Shown: positions 18,396 through 28,496 of the stretch, piece after piece
How positions within the stretch are numbered: position 1 is the first letter of the stretch
Layout of the letters: each line of letters opens with the position of its first letter
Assembly: GCA_038065555.1 (NCBI GenBank)
Contig: JBBTQS010000001.1
Location: 467,901 to 531,900 of the forward strand
Source of the DNA: Patescibacteria group bacterium
GTDB lineage: Bacteria; Patescibacteriota; Patescibacteriia; Magasanikbacterales; JBBTQS01
Reading direction: 5' to 3'
Length of the DNA stretch: 64,000 bases
The notes under the pieces: model-generated
Database searches by the model: none
Told to the model about the DNA's origin: nothing
The model's input: only the letters and a program-made list of their open reading frames with translations
Made by a program: the position numbers and the translations under genes

Positions 18396-18740
18396 TTACA
18401 TCTTCATCTCGATGTCAACACCTGCTGGCAAGTGAAGGTTCATCAAGGAGTCAATCGTCTTTGGAGTCGGGTTGACGATGTCAATGAGACGCTTGTGCAC
18501 GCGGATTTCGAACTGCTCGCGAGCTGTCTTGTGGACAAACGACGATCGGTTCACCGTGTACTTACGCTTCTCAGTCGGCAACGGAATTGGGCCAACAACA
18601 GACGCTCCGGTACGGGTAGCCGTATCCATGATCGTACGTGTTGATTCATCAATGACCGTGCTGTCATACGCACGAATCTTGATGCGGATTCGCTGCGTTA
18701 CTTCATCAGCCTTCTTCGGTTTTGTAGTTGTCTCGGTCAT
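18396..18740 (-). CDS. rpsJ: 30S ribosomal protein S10
   Basis: [72 protein letters not shown]. Confidence 0.95.
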   Translation of the reverse strand: MTETTTKPKKADEVTQRIRIKIRAYDSTVIDESTRTIMDTATRTGASVVGPIPLPTEKRKYTVNRSSFVHKTAREQFEIRVHKRLIDIVNPTPKTIDSLMNLHLPAGVDIEMKM

Positions 18741-18749
18741 AAGGACCCT

Positions 18750-18810
18750 TTACCATTTAAAGAAACCTCTAGGTCTCTATCCCCTAGCAATGCCAAGGGA
18801 TAGAGACGCG
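18750..18810 (-). terminator. Hairpin downstream of tuf: an 11-bp stem GTCTCTATCCC/GGGATAGAGAC, followed on the minus strand by GGTTTCTTTAAAT.
   Basis: Inverted repeat read from the sequence in the 73-nt tuf-rpsJ spacer. Confidence 0.45.
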
Positions 18811-18813
18811 AGC

Positions 18814-20004
18814 TTACTTCAAAATCTTTACTACTACACCTGCTCCAACGGTGCGGCCACCTTCGCGGATAGCGAAGCGCTGCTTTTCCTCGAGAGCAAC
18901 TGGAGTGATGAGCTTGACCTTCAAGTTCACTGTGTCACCAGGCATAACCATTTCCGAACCCTCTGCGAGAGTTACTTCACCAGTTACGTCAGTAGTGCGC
19001 ATGTAGAACTGAGGCTTGTAGCCATTGAAGAACGGCTTGTGACGGCCACCTTCTTCCTTCGAGAGGATGTACACTTCTGCTTCGTACTCTGTGTGAGGAG
19101 TTACCGAACCAGTCTTTGCAAGTACCTGACCGCGCTCAACATCTTCCTTCTTTGTACCGCGGAGCAAGAGACCAGCGTTGTCTCCAGCCATGCCGGATTC
19201 AAGCTGCTTGTTGAACATTTCGATACCAGTAACAGTCGTCTTCACGGTGTCCTTGATACCAACGATTTCAACTTCATCACCGATCTTGATACCACCACGC
19301 TCGATACGACCAGTAACTACTGTTCCACGACCTTCGATAGAGAAGACGTCTTCAATAGGCATGAGGAACGGCTTGTCTGTGTCGCGCTGTGGAGTTGGGA
19401 TGTACGTGTCAACCGCGTTGATAAGGTCGAGAATTGGCTTGGAAGCTGCATCGTCGCCTGGGTTCTCAAGAGCCTTGAGAGCCGAACCGCGGATAATTGG
19501 GGTGTCCTTGCCTGGGAAGTTGTACTTCGTAAGGAGGTCACGAACTTCTTCTTCTACAAGGTCAACAAGTTCTGGATCAGAAACCATGTCTACCTTGTTG
19601 AGGAACACAACAATGTATGGCACACCTACCTGACGAGCAAGAAGGATGTGTTCGCGGGTCTGAGGCATCGGACCATCTGTTGCCGAAACAACGAGAATAG
19701 CTCCGTCCATCTGTGCAGCACCCGTGATCATGTTCTTCACGTAGTCGGCGTGACCAGGACAGTCAACGTGCGCATAGTGGCGAACATTGCTCTGGTATTC
19801 TACGTGTGCCGTTGCAATGGTGATTCCTCGAGCGCGCTCTTCTGGAGCTGCGTCAATTTGGTCTACACCCTTGTCCTGTGCTTTCATGCCGTGGGCACTG
19901 AGCACTTTCAAGATGCACGCCGTGAGAGTGGTCTTGCCATGGTCAACGTGACCAATGGTACCAATGTTCACGTGCGGCTTGCTGCGGTCAAACATTTCTG
20001 CCAT
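18814..20004 (-). CDS. tuf: Elongation factor Tu
   Basis: [20 protein letters not shown] and NKVD. 396 aa. Confidence 0.97.
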   Translation of the reverse strand: MAEMFDRSKPHVNIGTIGHVDHGKTTLTACILKVLSAHGMKAQDKGVDQIDAAPEERARGITIATAHVEYQSNVRHYAHVDCPGHADYVKNMITGAAQMDGAILVVSATDGPMPQTREHILLARQVGVPYIVVFLNKVDMVSDPELVDLVEEEVRDLLTKYNFPGKDTPIIRGSALKALENPGDDAASKPILDLINAVDTYIPTPQRDTDKPFLMPIEDVFSIEGRGTVVTGRIERGGIKIGDEVEIVGIKDTVKTTVTGIEMFNKQLESGMAGDNAGLLLRGTKKEDVERGQVLAKTGSVTPHTEYEAEVYILSKEEGGRHKPFFNGYKPQFYMRTTDVTGEVTLAEGSEMVMPGDTVNLKVKLITPVALEEKQRFAIREGGRTVGAGVVVKILK

Positions 20005-20094
20005 ACGTTTTTAATTAATTGGCTAAACTTTGAATCGATTTAGTACGTTTCCTGCGGAGTATAGCACGAGGTTTTTCTCCTTGTCAACTGGGGA

Positions 20095-22170
20095 CTACTT
20101 CTTCCCCGCGACGATTTTTTCTGCAACATTACGCGGAACTTCAGCGTAGTGGAAGAACACCATCGTGGAGTTTGCTCGACCCTGAGTCATGGAGCGCAAG
20201 TTCGTCATGTAGCCGAACATTTCGGACAATGGAACGAGTGCGCGGATGACCTTCACCTGACCGCGATCTGTCATTTCCTGGATCTGACCGCGCTTGCTGT
20301 TGAGGTCACCGATAACATCACCCATGAAATCCTCAGGAGTCGTCACGTCAACCTGCATGATAGGCTCGAGAAGTACTGGACCTGCTTGCTTGCACGCTTC
20401 TTGGAACGCGTACGAACCTGCCATCTTGAACGCAGCTTCGTTGGAGTCCACATCGTGGTACGAACCATCAAATACTGTCGCCTTGATGTCGAGAATTGGA
20501 TATCCAGCAACAACACCACGGTCAAGAGACTCCTTAATACCCTTCTGGATTGCAGGAATAAATTCACGTGGAATCACACCACCCTTAACCTCGTCAACGA
20601 ATTCAAAGCCCTTACCTGCTTCAAGTGGTTCAATGCGCAACCAGCAGTGTCCATACTGACCACGACCACCAGACTGCTTGATGTACTTACCTTCAGCTTC
20701 TGCAGATTTGCGGATGGTTTCTTTGTATGCAACCTGTGGCGCACCAACGTTTGCTTCTACACCGAACTCGCGCTTCATGCGGTCGATGAGAATTTCGAGG
20801 TGCAACTCTCCCATACCGCGAAGAATGGTCTGACCAGTCTCTTCATCTGTAAATACGTGGAAGGTTGGATCTTCTTCGGACAATTTGCCCAGCGCCATGC
20901 CCATTTTTTCTTGGTCAACCTTGGTCTTCGGCTCAACAGCAACCGAGATAACTGGTTCTGGGAATACAATGTTCTCGAGAATAATTGGATGATCTTCGTC
21001 GCAAAGTGTGTCTCCTGTGTGTGTATCCTTGAGACCTACTGCTGCAGCGATTTCACCTGCGTATACTTCGTTCACGTCCTCGCGGTGATTCGCGTGCATA
21101 CGAAGGATGCGAGAGAGACGCTCCTTCTTGCCGGAGGTTGGGTTGAACAAGTAGGAACCCGCAGTGATCATACCGGAGTACACGCGGAAGAAGGTCAATT
21201 TACCCACAAATGGGTCGGTCATGATCTTGAACGCGAGTGCGGAGAATGGTTCCTTGTCATCAGCGTGACGTGCGATCTTCACTTCGGTGTCTGCAACTTC
21301 TGTTCCCTGGATAGCAGGAATATCAAGTGGCGATGGGAGGAAGTCTACAACAGCGTCGAGCATGAATGGAACGCCTTTGTTCTTGAGCGCCGAACCACAA
21401 AGTACTGGAACAAGCTTGTTTGCAATTGTTGCTTTGCGAAGTACGCGCTTGAGATCTTCTACAGAAATTTCCTTGCCATCGAAGAATGCTGCCATGAGTG
21501 TTTCGTCATGCTCAACAATCGCTTCGACGAGCTGGGTGCGGTACTTCTTTGCAAGATCAACCATGTCTGCAGGGATGTCGCGCTCGTCAATAACCTTACC
21601 CATGTCATCCATGTAGTAGAACGCGCGCATCTTGATGAGGTCAATGAGACCTGCAAATGTGTCTTCAGCGCCGATTGGAAGCTGAATAGGATGTGCGTGC
21701 TTGGTGAGACGTGTGTGGATCGATGCAAGATCTTTGTAGAAATCTGCACCAGTGCGGTCCATCTTGTTGATGAAGCAAATGCGAGGTACTTCGTACTTGT
21801 CTGCCTGGTGCCAAACAGTCTCAGACTGTGGCTCTACACCTGCAACGCCATCGAAGATCACGGCACCACCGTCAAGTACGCGCAATGAGCGCTCTACTTC
21901 TGCAGTGAAGTCAACGTGACCAGGAGTATCAATAATATTGATGCGCGCGTCGTTCCAGAAGCATGTCGTAGCAGCGCTGGTAATGGTAATACCGCGCTCG
22001 CGCTCCTGTTCCATCCAGTCCATTTCTGCTGCGCCATCGTGTACTTCACCAATCTTGTGCTTCTTACCAGTGTAGAAAAGCACACGCTCCGTAACCGTGG
22101 TCTTACCCGCATCAATGTGGGCAATAATACCGATGTTACGTGTTCGTTCAAGAGAATATTCACGAGGCAT
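20095..22170 (-). CDS. fusA: Elongation factor G
   Basis: [24 protein letters not shown] and a five-domain EF-G architecture. 691 aa. Confidence 0.97.
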   Translation of the reverse strand: MPREYSLERTRNIGIIAHIDAGKTTVTERVLFYTGKKHKIGEVHDGAAEMDWMEQERERGITITSAATTCFWNDARINIIDTPGHVDFTAEVERSLRVLDGGAVIFDGVAGVEPQSETVWHQADKYEVPRICFINKMDRTGADFYKDLASIHTRLTKHAHPIQLPIGAEDTFAGLIDLIKMRAFYYMDDMGKVIDERDIPADMVDLAKKYRTQLVEAIVEHDETLMAAFFDGKEISVEDLKRVLRKATIANKLVPVLCGSALKNKGVPFMLDAVVDFLPSPLDIPAIQGTEVADTEVKIARHADDKEPFSALAFKIMTDPFVGKLTFFRVYSGMITAGSYLFNPTSGKKERLSRILRMHANHREDVNEVYAGEIAAAVGLKDTHTGDTLCDEDHPIILENIVFPEPVISVAVEPKTKVDQEKMGMALGKLSEEDPTFHVFTDEETGQTILRGMGELHLEILIDRMKREFGVEANVGAPQVAYKETIRKSAEAEGKYIKQSGGRGQYGHCWLRIEPLEAGKGFEFVDEVKGGVIPREFIPAIQKGIKESLDRGVVAGYPILDIKATVFDGSYHDVDSNEAAFKMAGSYAFQEACKQAGPVLLEPIMQVDVTTPEDFMGDVIGDLNSKRGQIQEMTDRGQVKVIRALVPLSEMFGYMTNLRSMTQGRANSTMVFFHYAEVPRNVAEKIVAGKK

Positions 22171-22202
22171 AGAACAGTGGAATCAAAGGAAAAAACGAGA
22201 AA

Positions 22203-22673
22203 TTAGAATCGTGCGAAGTGAGCAAATGCACGGTTCGCTTCGGCCATGCGGTGTACGTCCATCTTCTTCTTCACCGCGTCACCTTCGCCAATCGATGCAA
22301 GTACCAACTCTTCGGTGAGCTTCTCTACCATTGCGCGGCCTTTCTTCTTGCGAGCTGCTTCGATGAGCCAGCGATATGCAAGAGCCATGCGGCGTTCTGG
22401 ACGAACTGGCATTGGAACCTGGTAGTTAGCACCACCCACGCGCTGGGAACGTACTTCCACCTGCGGCGTGATATTCTTCATTGCTTCTTCGAATACTTCC
22501 ATTGCTTTGCGAGTTGTCTTTGCTTCTGCTGCTTCGAGAGCGCCGTAGACGATCCCTTGTGCAATAGACTTCTTGCCAGCAACCATCACATAGTTGATAA
22601 AACGTGCAATCTCAATTGAGCCATACTTGGCGTCCGGGAGAAACGTTCGTTTTGGAGCTTGTTTACCACGCAT
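22203..22673 (-). CDS. rpsG: 30S ribosomal protein S7
   Basis: 156 aa. ...RVGGANYQVPMPVRPERRMALAYRWLIEAARKK is the S7 signature. Confidence 0.95.
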   Translation of the reverse strand: MRGKQAPKRTFLPDAKYGSIEIARFINYVMVAGKKSIAQGIVYGALEAAEAKTTRKAMEVFEEAMKNITPQVEVRSQRVGGANYQVPMPVRPERRMALAYRWLIEAARKKKGRAMVEKLTEELVLASIGEGDAVKKKMDVHRMAEANRAFAHFARF

Positions 22674-22684
22674 AGGTCAATGTA

Positions 22685-23110
22685 TTACTTCTTTTCTTTT
22701 GGACGCTTTGTACCGTAGAGCGAGCGGCTGCGGCGGCGAGAGTCGATTCCAGCGGTGTCGTATACGCCACGCACAATGTGGTAGCGAACACCAGGAAGAT
22801 CTTTTACACGTCCGCCACGGATGAGTACGATGGAGTGTTCCTGGAGGTTGTGACCTTCACCTGGAATGTATGCCGTAACTTCCATACCATTGCTGAGGCG
22901 CACACGAGCGATCTTACGAAGAGCCGAGTTAGGCTTCTTCGGAGTCATCGTCGTTACTTTGACACAAACACCGCGCTTGAATGGCGCGCCCTTAGCAAGG
23001 TACGTTCGCTTGCGTGCAATTGCATTCGTTGTGAACTGCAAAGCTGGCGACTTGGACTTCGCTTTTGGCTGTGTTCGACCCTTGCGGATGAGTTGGTTCA
23101 TCGTTGGCAT
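22685..23110 (-). CDS. rpsL: 30S ribosomal protein S12
   Basis: [12 protein letters not shown]...[10 protein letters not shown]...[18 protein letters not shown]. Confidence 0.97.
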   Translation of the reverse strand: MPTMNQLIRKGRTQPKAKSKSPALQFTTNAIARKRTYLAKGAPFKRGVCVKVTTMTPKKPNSALRKIARVRLSNGMEVTAYIPGEGHNLQEHSIVLIRGGRVKDLPGVRYHIVRGVYDTAGIDSRRRSRSLYGTKRPKEKK

Positions 23111-23312
23111 AGCACTCGTATCGTATTCGCAGTATATAAAAAAAGACTGCTTGCGGGGGTATTGTACGGAAACGTCTGGTAGAAGTCAAGAGTCTGGGGT
23201 GTGTATATTTACGCAAAGTCTCTCACGAGGACAAATTGACAAAAAATATAAGAAAACATACGATCTCCCCGGTCTTCACAGCCACAGACGTGGCAATACA
23301 AGGAGAGACTCC

Positions 23313-23774
23313 ATGAGTGCACCTGATCATTCCATCGTCATTCTTCCTCCGCGTGATACCTTCACGCTGCCACCAGGCATCACGATCCAGACCAGCGGCG
23401 TACCCGGCGCGATTCCAATCGGAGGCATGGAAATCGAGCTCCGGATCGTTCCCATCACCGACAACCATCAACTGCCCCAAGCCCCCGCAGGGTTCGTGGT
23501 AGGCAGCTGGCTCATCGGCAGCCTCATGATCCTACACCCGGCGCGAATCCACACCGACTGGGACAACACCACACTGTGGCTCCCCTTCGGCGAGTACAAC
23601 AGTGAAGGCAGCGCCTGCAAGATGACCCTCGTGTGCACGAGCAAGCCCGGTACCAAGCACACAGATCCATCTGGTCGACGCTGGACAGCGGAGTACCCGA
23701 ACCTCAGCCAACTGCGCAGCGGCGCACATGCGGCAGTATTTGTCAGCGCGCGCTGTGTGGTTCCGAGCGCATAG
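23313..23774 (+). CDS. Hypothetical protein of 153 aa, GC-rich (about 62%)
   Basis: A consensus RBS AAGGAGAG lies 7 nt before the ATG. An upstream TTGACA-17-TACGAT element is present. Composition is protein-like and there is no family match. A terminator hairpin follows at about 23800-23860. Confidence 0.5.
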   Translation: MSAPDHSIVILPPRDTFTLPPGITIQTSGVPGAIPIGGMEIELRIVPITDNHQLPQAPAGFVVGSWLIGSLMILHPARIHTDWDNTTLWLPFGEYNSEGSACKMTLVCTSKPGTKHTDPSGRRWTAEYPNLSQLRSGAHAAVFVSARCVVPSA

Positions 23775-23804
23775 CACGGACTGACTAGGCGCCGCCTGGT
23801 CCCA

Positions 23805-23862
23805 ACCGAACACCCCACCCGTCACCATTGTAACTATGGTCGGCAGTGGGGTGTTTGTTTTT
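23805..23862 (+). terminator. Intrinsic terminator: 10-bp stem AACACCCCAC/GTGGGGTGTT, 26-nt loop with an inner ACCAT/ATGGT stem, then TGTTTTTTGTGG.
   Basis: Read directly. It is located between the convergent hypothetical and M50 peptidase genes. Confidence 0.6.
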
Positions 23863-23871
23863 TGTGGCAAT

Positions 23872-24486
23872 TTACCACCCTGTGAGCAACGTGGTGAGAT
23901 AATTAATGATCGGGAAGAGATATTTGAATCCAGTGATCGCAAATACAAAGACGATCAGTAATCCCCAACGCTCCAAGAACATTTCGATGTTGTGTGCCTG
24001 ACGCGGCAACAATGCGAGCAACAATTTGCTTCCATCAAGTGGTGGAATCGGCACGAGGTTGAAAATCGCCAATACAATGTTGATCTCCACGATCATCGTA
24101 CCAAGCAGAACAAAGAGAGACGGCTCCCCCATCATGTTGGCAATGCGCACAACAATCCCGAAGAGTACAGCAAGAAGCAAGTTGCCCAATGGCCCAGCGA
24201 GTCCGACAAGCACCGGTCCCCACTTCTGGTTGCGCAGGTTGTATGGGTTATATGGGACAGGCTTGGCGTACGCGAACAAGAATCCACCCCCTGATGCAAT
24301 GAAGAGCGCCAGCGGCAGGATAATCGTACCCATGAGGTCGATATGCTTGAGCGGATTCATGGTCAGGCGCCCAGCACGCTTGGCAGTATCGTCCCCCAAC
24401 ATATGCGCAGTCCAGCCATGCATATATTCATGGAAGACAGCAGATGGGACGAGAATGAGATACATGAAGAGACGGAGGAGGATCAT
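23872..24486 (-). CDS. Site-2-protease-family (M50) integral membrane zinc metalloprotease
   Basis: HEYMHGWTAH (HExxH) in the first TM region, and NLVPIPPLDGSKLL (the LDG motif). The start is taken at MILLRLFMYLIL, because the upstream track ORF extension is non-membrane junk. Confidence 0.75.
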   Translation of the reverse strand: MILLRLFMYLILVPSAVFHEYMHGWTAHMLGDDTAKRAGRLTMNPLKHIDLMGTIILPLALFIASGGGFLFAYAKPVPYNPYNLRNQKWGPVLVGLAGPLGNLLLAVLFGIVVRIANMMGEPSLFVLLGTMIVEINIVLAIFNLVPIPPLDGSKLLLALLPRQAHNIEMFLERWGLLIVFVFAITGFKYLFPIINYLTTLLTGW

Positions 24487-24497
24487 AGGTATGCTAT

Positions 24498-24526
24498 TTG
24501 ACACGTTTCTGCGTCTAGAGTAGAAT
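24498..24526 (+). promoter_or_regulatory. Sigma-70-like promoter for rpmB: TTGACA, 17-nt spacer, TAGAAT.
   Basis: Consensus hexamers read directly, about 30 nt upstream of the rpmB ATG. Confidence 0.55.
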
Positions 24527-24555
24527 AACCGTATCAAATTTTTGCTGCAAATGCT

Positions 24556-24762
24556 ATGTCCAGACTCTGTGACCTCTGCGCCCGCGGGCCAGCTCGCTCG
24601 AACAACCGAAGCCACTCCATGCGCCAGACACCGCGCCGAGTTTTCGTGAATTTGCAGTCCAAGTCCATTGGCGGCGAGAAATACCGCATCTGCACCCGCT
24701 GCATTCGCACCATTGCAAAGCCAGAACGCGTGAAGAAGGAGAAGACAGCAAAAGCAGTCTAA
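24556..24762 (+). CDS. rpmB: 50S ribosomal protein L28
   Basis: MSRLCDLCARGPARSNNRSHSMRQTPRRVFVNLQSK compares to E. coli L28 [36 protein letters not shown]. A terminator with a T-run follows at about 24795-24830. Confidence 0.85.
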   Translation: MSRLCDLCARGPARSNNRSHSMRQTPRRVFVNLQSKSIGGEKYRICTRCIRTIAKPERVKKEKTAKAV

Positions 24763-24903
24763 AGCTCACCACGCACGACACAAGAGCCCGCGACAATGCG
24801 GCGCTCTTTTGTTTTGTCCGCACAAGTTAAAAAGGTGCTCGGCAAACCAAGATCCAAGGGATCAAGATCTGCCGAGCACCAAGTTGCCAAGTTCCGAGGG
24901 CTG

Positions 24904-25686
24904 TTACTTCCCGAGGAACTCCGGCACCGCATAGGCCGGAGCCGCACGGCCGCGGTCGTAGGCATTCACGTCGAGCTTCGAGTCGCCAGCGTAGAACCAC
25001 GTGCTCGGCACGAGGCGACGCTCGTAGCCGGGAACCCTGCACTCGAGGCCGGCCATCCAGAGATATGGATGTTCCTCCGAACCGTCCATGCGCCGAGCGA
25101 CCTCCGGGTGCTGCGCGAGCATCGCGAGGATCTCACGACCAGGCATCGGTCGCTCGTCCGTGAGCACGCTTTCCGGAGACAGCCCGTAGTTGGCAGTGCG
25201 ACTGAACCGCACCCACCGCTGACGCCAACTGGGGTACTCCGTCTTGCCCCGCAGGAAGAAGTGCTCAGCGTCAGTCTTGAACTCCGGCCACCACCAGCTC
25301 TTCTGCTGCTGTCGCGCCACCCACGACCACACGATCTGCTGCTCCTGCTCCAGCGAGCCGAAGCAACGGTCGAGGATCACGACGTCACCAGGGTCGTCGG
25401 TGTAGTCGAGCGGATCGGGCGAACCCTCCCACCAGAACTTCCGGACGTCCACGTTGTTCGCGACGCATTCGGCATCGTAGATCGGAAGGATCTCCGTGTT
25501 GCGCACGTAAATCCCGTGGACGAGGCGGAACTCCGGTTCCTGCTTGAGCCTTGCCACCCACCTGGCGGTCAGGTCGTCGTTGCCGAGGAGTTTCCTCACC
25601 ATCGGTACGTCCATACCAGCACGACCGAGTCGATCGAAGTGCTCGACCATCTGTGTACCGTAGATTTGAGATGCGAGACCAGCCAT
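24904..25686 (-). CDS. Hypothetical Trp-rich protein of 261 aa, in a GC-rich island (about 64% GC)
   Basis: Protein-like composition (…FWWEGSPDPLDYTDDPGDVVILDRCFGSLEQEQQIVWSWVARQQQKSWWWPEFK…). The start is taken at MAGLASQ with an upstream AAGGCAGG. The antisense ORF 24796..25692 is Arg/Leu-rich and rejected. A 10-bp-stem hairpin lies downstream at about 24838-24883. Confidence 0.5.
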   Translation of the reverse strand: MAGLASQIYGTQMVEHFDRLGRAGMDVPMVRKLLGNDDLTARWVARLKQEPEFRLVHGIYVRNTEILPIYDAECVANNVDVRKFWWEGSPDPLDYTDDPGDVVILDRCFGSLEQEQQIVWSWVARQQQKSWWWPEFKTDAEHFFLRGKTEYPSWRQRWVRFSRTANYGLSPESVLTDERPMPGREILAMLAQHPEVARRMDGSEEHPYLWMAGLECRVPGYERRLVPSTWFYAGDSKLDVNAYDRGRAAPAYAVPEFLGK

Positions 25687-25866
25687 TTCTGACCTGCCTT
25701 TTTGCTTGCCGCTGACCCGCCAGATGCCACGCCGAGATGGCGCACCCTGACTAGCCTGTGTTAAGAACGGCGATATTAGGCCAATAATTAGCCAAATACC
25801 GCCAGGCCCAACTGACATGAGGTACGGGATAATATAGCTGATTCTGGCGTTTTTGTCAACCCCCTG

Positions 25867-25895
25867 TTGACAGTTCCACCCCCAGGTGCTATAGT
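25867..25895 (+). promoter_or_regulatory. Sigma-70 promoter for the DEAD-box helicase: TTGACA, 17-nt spacer, TATAGT. A GTCAAC/GTTGAC palindrome overlaps the -35, and a ~110-nt 5' UTR follows.
   Basis: Perfect -35 and near-consensus -10 read directly. The palindrome TTGTCAACcccctGTTGACA spans 25853-25872. Confidence 0.6.
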
Positions 25896-26006
25896 ATGCA
25901 CCTAAGTCTGGTCCGAATACGGGCCGCCGACTCGAAAACCCATCGATGCGTCCGTAGTTGCTATGTGGCCATGTAGGTAAGTTCGGGTCACTAGCAATTT
26001 TTTTGT

Positions 26007-27449
26007 ATGTCAGAAATGACACCAGGAGCAGAGGGTTTTGAATCCTTGGGTATTGATGCGCACATTCTTGAGCGCCTTACCAAACTCAAGTACACCACAC
26101 CAACGCCAATTCAGGCTGCTGCAATCCCCGTCGCCCTCACAGGCACAGACGTTGTCGGTATTGCACAAACAGGTACAGGCAAGACCCTCGCCTTTGGTGT
26201 TCCAATGTTGCAAACACTCGCAAAGTCCGAGAAAGGCCAAGGCCTCATTCTCGTACCAACACGCGAACTTGCACTGCAAGTTGAAGAAACCATGATCAAG
26301 ATCGGTTCCCATTTTGGGCTTGTCACTGCGGTACTGATCGGTGGTGCTTCTATGCAAATGCAGATTCGCAACTTGCGCCGCAATCCGCACGTGATCATCG
26401 CGACCCCAGGTCGCCTTGCAGATCACTTGCAGCAGCGCACGTGCTCATTGCAAGATATCGAAATCGTCGTTCTCGACGAAGCCGATCGCATGTTTGATAT
26501 TGGGTTCGCTCCACAAATCAAGAAAATCATGGCGCAGGTGCCGACAGAACGTCAGACGTTCCTCTTCTCCGCAACCATGCCACCAGCTATTGCTGCCATT
26601 GCTGCAGCGTATATGCGCTCCCCGAAACGTATTGAAGTAGCACCAGCTGGTACCAGTTCTTCGCAAGTAACACAGTCTCTCTACGTGGTGTCCAAAGACC
26701 ACAAGACGTCCCTCCTCGATCACCTTCTCCGCAAGCACGAGGGCACGGTGCTCGTCTTCTCTCGCACCAAACACGGCGCTCGCAAGATCGCCATGGCAAT
26801 CCGTGCGATGGGTCACACTTCTGTAGAAATTCACTCCAATCGTTCACTTGCGCAGCGCAAAGAAGCGCTTGCAGGATTCAAATCCGGTAAGTATCGCATC
26901 CTTGTCGCAACCGACATCGCCGCTCGCGGTATTGACGTAACAGGAATCACCCTCGTGGTGAACTTCGACCTCCCAGATAATAGCGAGGACTACGTACACC
27001 GCATCGGTCGAACCGGTCGCGCAGGCATGTCTGGTCTTGCAATCTCATTTGCACAGCCAGATCAGCGCAATGATGTTCGCGACATTGAACGCCTTATTCG
27101 TAAGTCGATCCATGTTGAAGAACTTCCAGACAACTTGCCCGCTCCTATTCGTCTCCCTGCAGAACCTCGCGCCGAATTCTCACGCCATGAGCGTGGTGGA
27201 TCTGGCGGCGGTTACGGCGGCGGACGCTCGGGTTCTGGTGGTCGCGGCGGTTCACGCGGTGGCTACGGTGGCGGCAACGGCGGTGGCGAACGAGAATATC
27301 GTCGCCCTACCAGTGGCAGCACCAGCCGCGCTCGCTCCAATAGCTACGGTTCGCAAGGCGGATTCGGTAGCAGCCGTGGCGGTGGCGCTGGATTTGGCGG
27401 CGGTTCTCGTCGTCCAAAGGAAGCACCGAAGTTCACGCGTCACTTCTAA
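26007..27449 (+). CDS. DEAD-box ATP-dependent RNA helicase with a Gly/Arg-rich (RGG-type) C-terminal tail
   Basis: Q-motif region, AQTGTGKT, DEAD, SAT and HRIGRTGRAG. The C-terminal ~90 aa are GGYGGGRSGSGGRGGSRGGYGGGNGG... Confidence 0.95.
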   Translation: MSEMTPGAEGFESLGIDAHILERLTKLKYTTPTPIQAAAIPVALTGTDVVGIAQTGTGKTLAFGVPMLQTLAKSEKGQGLILVPTRELALQVEETMIKIGSHFGLVTAVLIGGASMQMQIRNLRRNPHVIIATPGRLADHLQQRTCSLQDIEIVVLDEADRMFDIGFAPQIKKIMAQVPTERQTFLFSATMPPAIAAIAAAYMRSPKRIEVAPAGTSSSQVTQSLYVVSKDHKTSLLDHLLRKHEGTVLVFSRTKHGARKIAMAIRAMGHTSVEIHSNRSLAQRKEALAGFKSGKYRILVATDIAARGIDVTGITLVVNFDLPDNSEDYVHRIGRTGRAGMSGLAISFAQPDQRNDVRDIERLIRKSIHVEELPDNLPAPIRLPAEPRAEFSRHERGGSGGGYGGGRSGSGGRGGSRGGYGGGNGGGEREYRRPTSGSTSRARSNSYGSQGGFGSSRGGGAGFGGGSRRPKEAPKFTRHF

Positions 27450-27463
27450 AGTGCGCTAGCACA

Positions 27464-27540
27464 AACACCCCCAATTTATTCTTTCCAAGTCCTCCCCGTA
27501 AACTGAGGTCCGGGCTTGGAAAGAATAAATTGGGGGTGTT
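27464..27540. repeat. Long hairpin element, copy 1: a 26-bp perfect stem flanking the conserved 25-nt core TCCTCCCCGTAAACTGAGGTCCGGG, followed by TTTTTATT. It probably also serves as the bidirectional terminator for the helicase and corA.
   Basis: Arms AACACCCCCAATTTATTCTTTCCAAG / CTTGGAAAGAATAAATTGGGGGTGTT are exact reverse complements. The same core recurs at 38287 and, inverted, at 39163. Confidence 0.8.
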
Positions 27541-27554
27541 TTTATTACTGCACG

Positions 27555-28475
27555 TTAGAGCCAACGTTTGCGCGTAAAGATTGCGAGGAGGAAGATGGTG
27601 CTCACGAATGTGATCGCGATAATGAACGTGAAAGCCTGTGGATGTGATGCAAATGGTAGCGCGACGTTCATGCCGAAGAGACTGGTGACAAATGTTGGCA
27701 CCATGATGAGAATCGTGAGCGCAGTGAGCAACTTGATCACGCGATTCAATGAGTTGGTCATGATCGTTGAATACGCTTCGCGGATGTTGCGCATGTTCTG
27801 CACGTCGGCGTTGGCGTTCTCGATAATCTGACCAGCGCTCAACTCCAAGTCCTCAACAAGATCCTGGTCCTGTTCGTAGAGCGGAACATACTTGCCAGAG
27901 AGCAGTGCGTTGAGCATCGCACGACCTGGGACAAGTGCCGCAACGAAGTCGATGAGCACGCGCTCGAATGTCACGAACTGGATAATATCTCGGTCAGAGA
28001 CTGCGTGCAGATCAACACTCACAGAGCGAACCTTGCGACTAATCGATGTCAGGAATCCTGAGTAGCGCGCGAGCATTTGATTGAACAACTGCAATATGAA
28101 ATTCACCTTTTGTGTTGTAATGAGACTTGAAGCATTTGTCTGAAATGCCGTGAGCATCGGGATAGGTCGTGGTGCAATCGTGATCACGCCTTCAGCTGTG
28201 TGCACAATCAGAAGTGGCATTGTTGAGATGTGCTCCCCGTCTTGTACCGGCACACGCATGAAGAGGTAGATGTTGCCATCCTCTACTTCCAGACGCGGAA
28301 CTTCGTATGGATCGAGCGCGTCACGCAAATGACCGAGCTCGAGTTTGTGTTTTGCAACGAGCATTTCCAGCTCGTTCTCTGTAGGAGTCTCTGCGTACAA
28401 CCACGCACCAGCCTTCCAACTCGTGAGTGTACGCAAATCAGTATCCTTGATGGATTTGTAGAAGTATTTGATCAT
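27555..28475 (-). CDS. corA: CorA-family magnesium/cobalt transporter
   Basis: Two C-terminal TM helices with the GMN signature (LFGMNV). 306 aa. Confidence 0.85.
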   Translation of the reverse strand: MIKYFYKSIKDTDLRTLTSWKAGAWLYAETPTENELEMLVAKHKLELGHLRDALDPYEVPRLEVEDGNIYLFMRVPVQDGEHISTMPLLIVHTAEGVITIAPRPIPMLTAFQTNASSLITTQKVNFILQLFNQMLARYSGFLTSISRKVRSVSVDLHAVSDRDIIQFVTFERVLIDFVAALVPGRAMLNALLSGKYVPLYEQDQDLVEDLELSAGQIIENANADVQNMRNIREAYSTIMTNSLNRVIKLLTALTILIMVPTFVTSLFGMNVALPFASHPQAFTFIIAITFVSTIFLLAIFTRKRWL

Positions 28476-28496
28476 ACAGCATGCAACAGAACAATC

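Noticed and set aside
18472-20043. 523-aa plus-strand ORF opposite tuf
   Set aside because: It is antisense to an unambiguous EF-Tu gene. The composition is not protein-like and there is no family resemblance.
20149-21888. 579-aa plus-strand ORF opposite fusA
   Set aside because: It is antisense to EF-G and is an artefact of a long conserved gene.
24796-25692. 298-aa plus-strand ORF (Arg/Leu-rich) overlapping the GC-rich Trp-rich gene
   Set aside because: The Arg/Leu/Pro-rich composition is typical of antisense frames in GC-rich DNA. The minus-strand frame has a balanced, protein-like composition. The strand choice remains unconfirmed.
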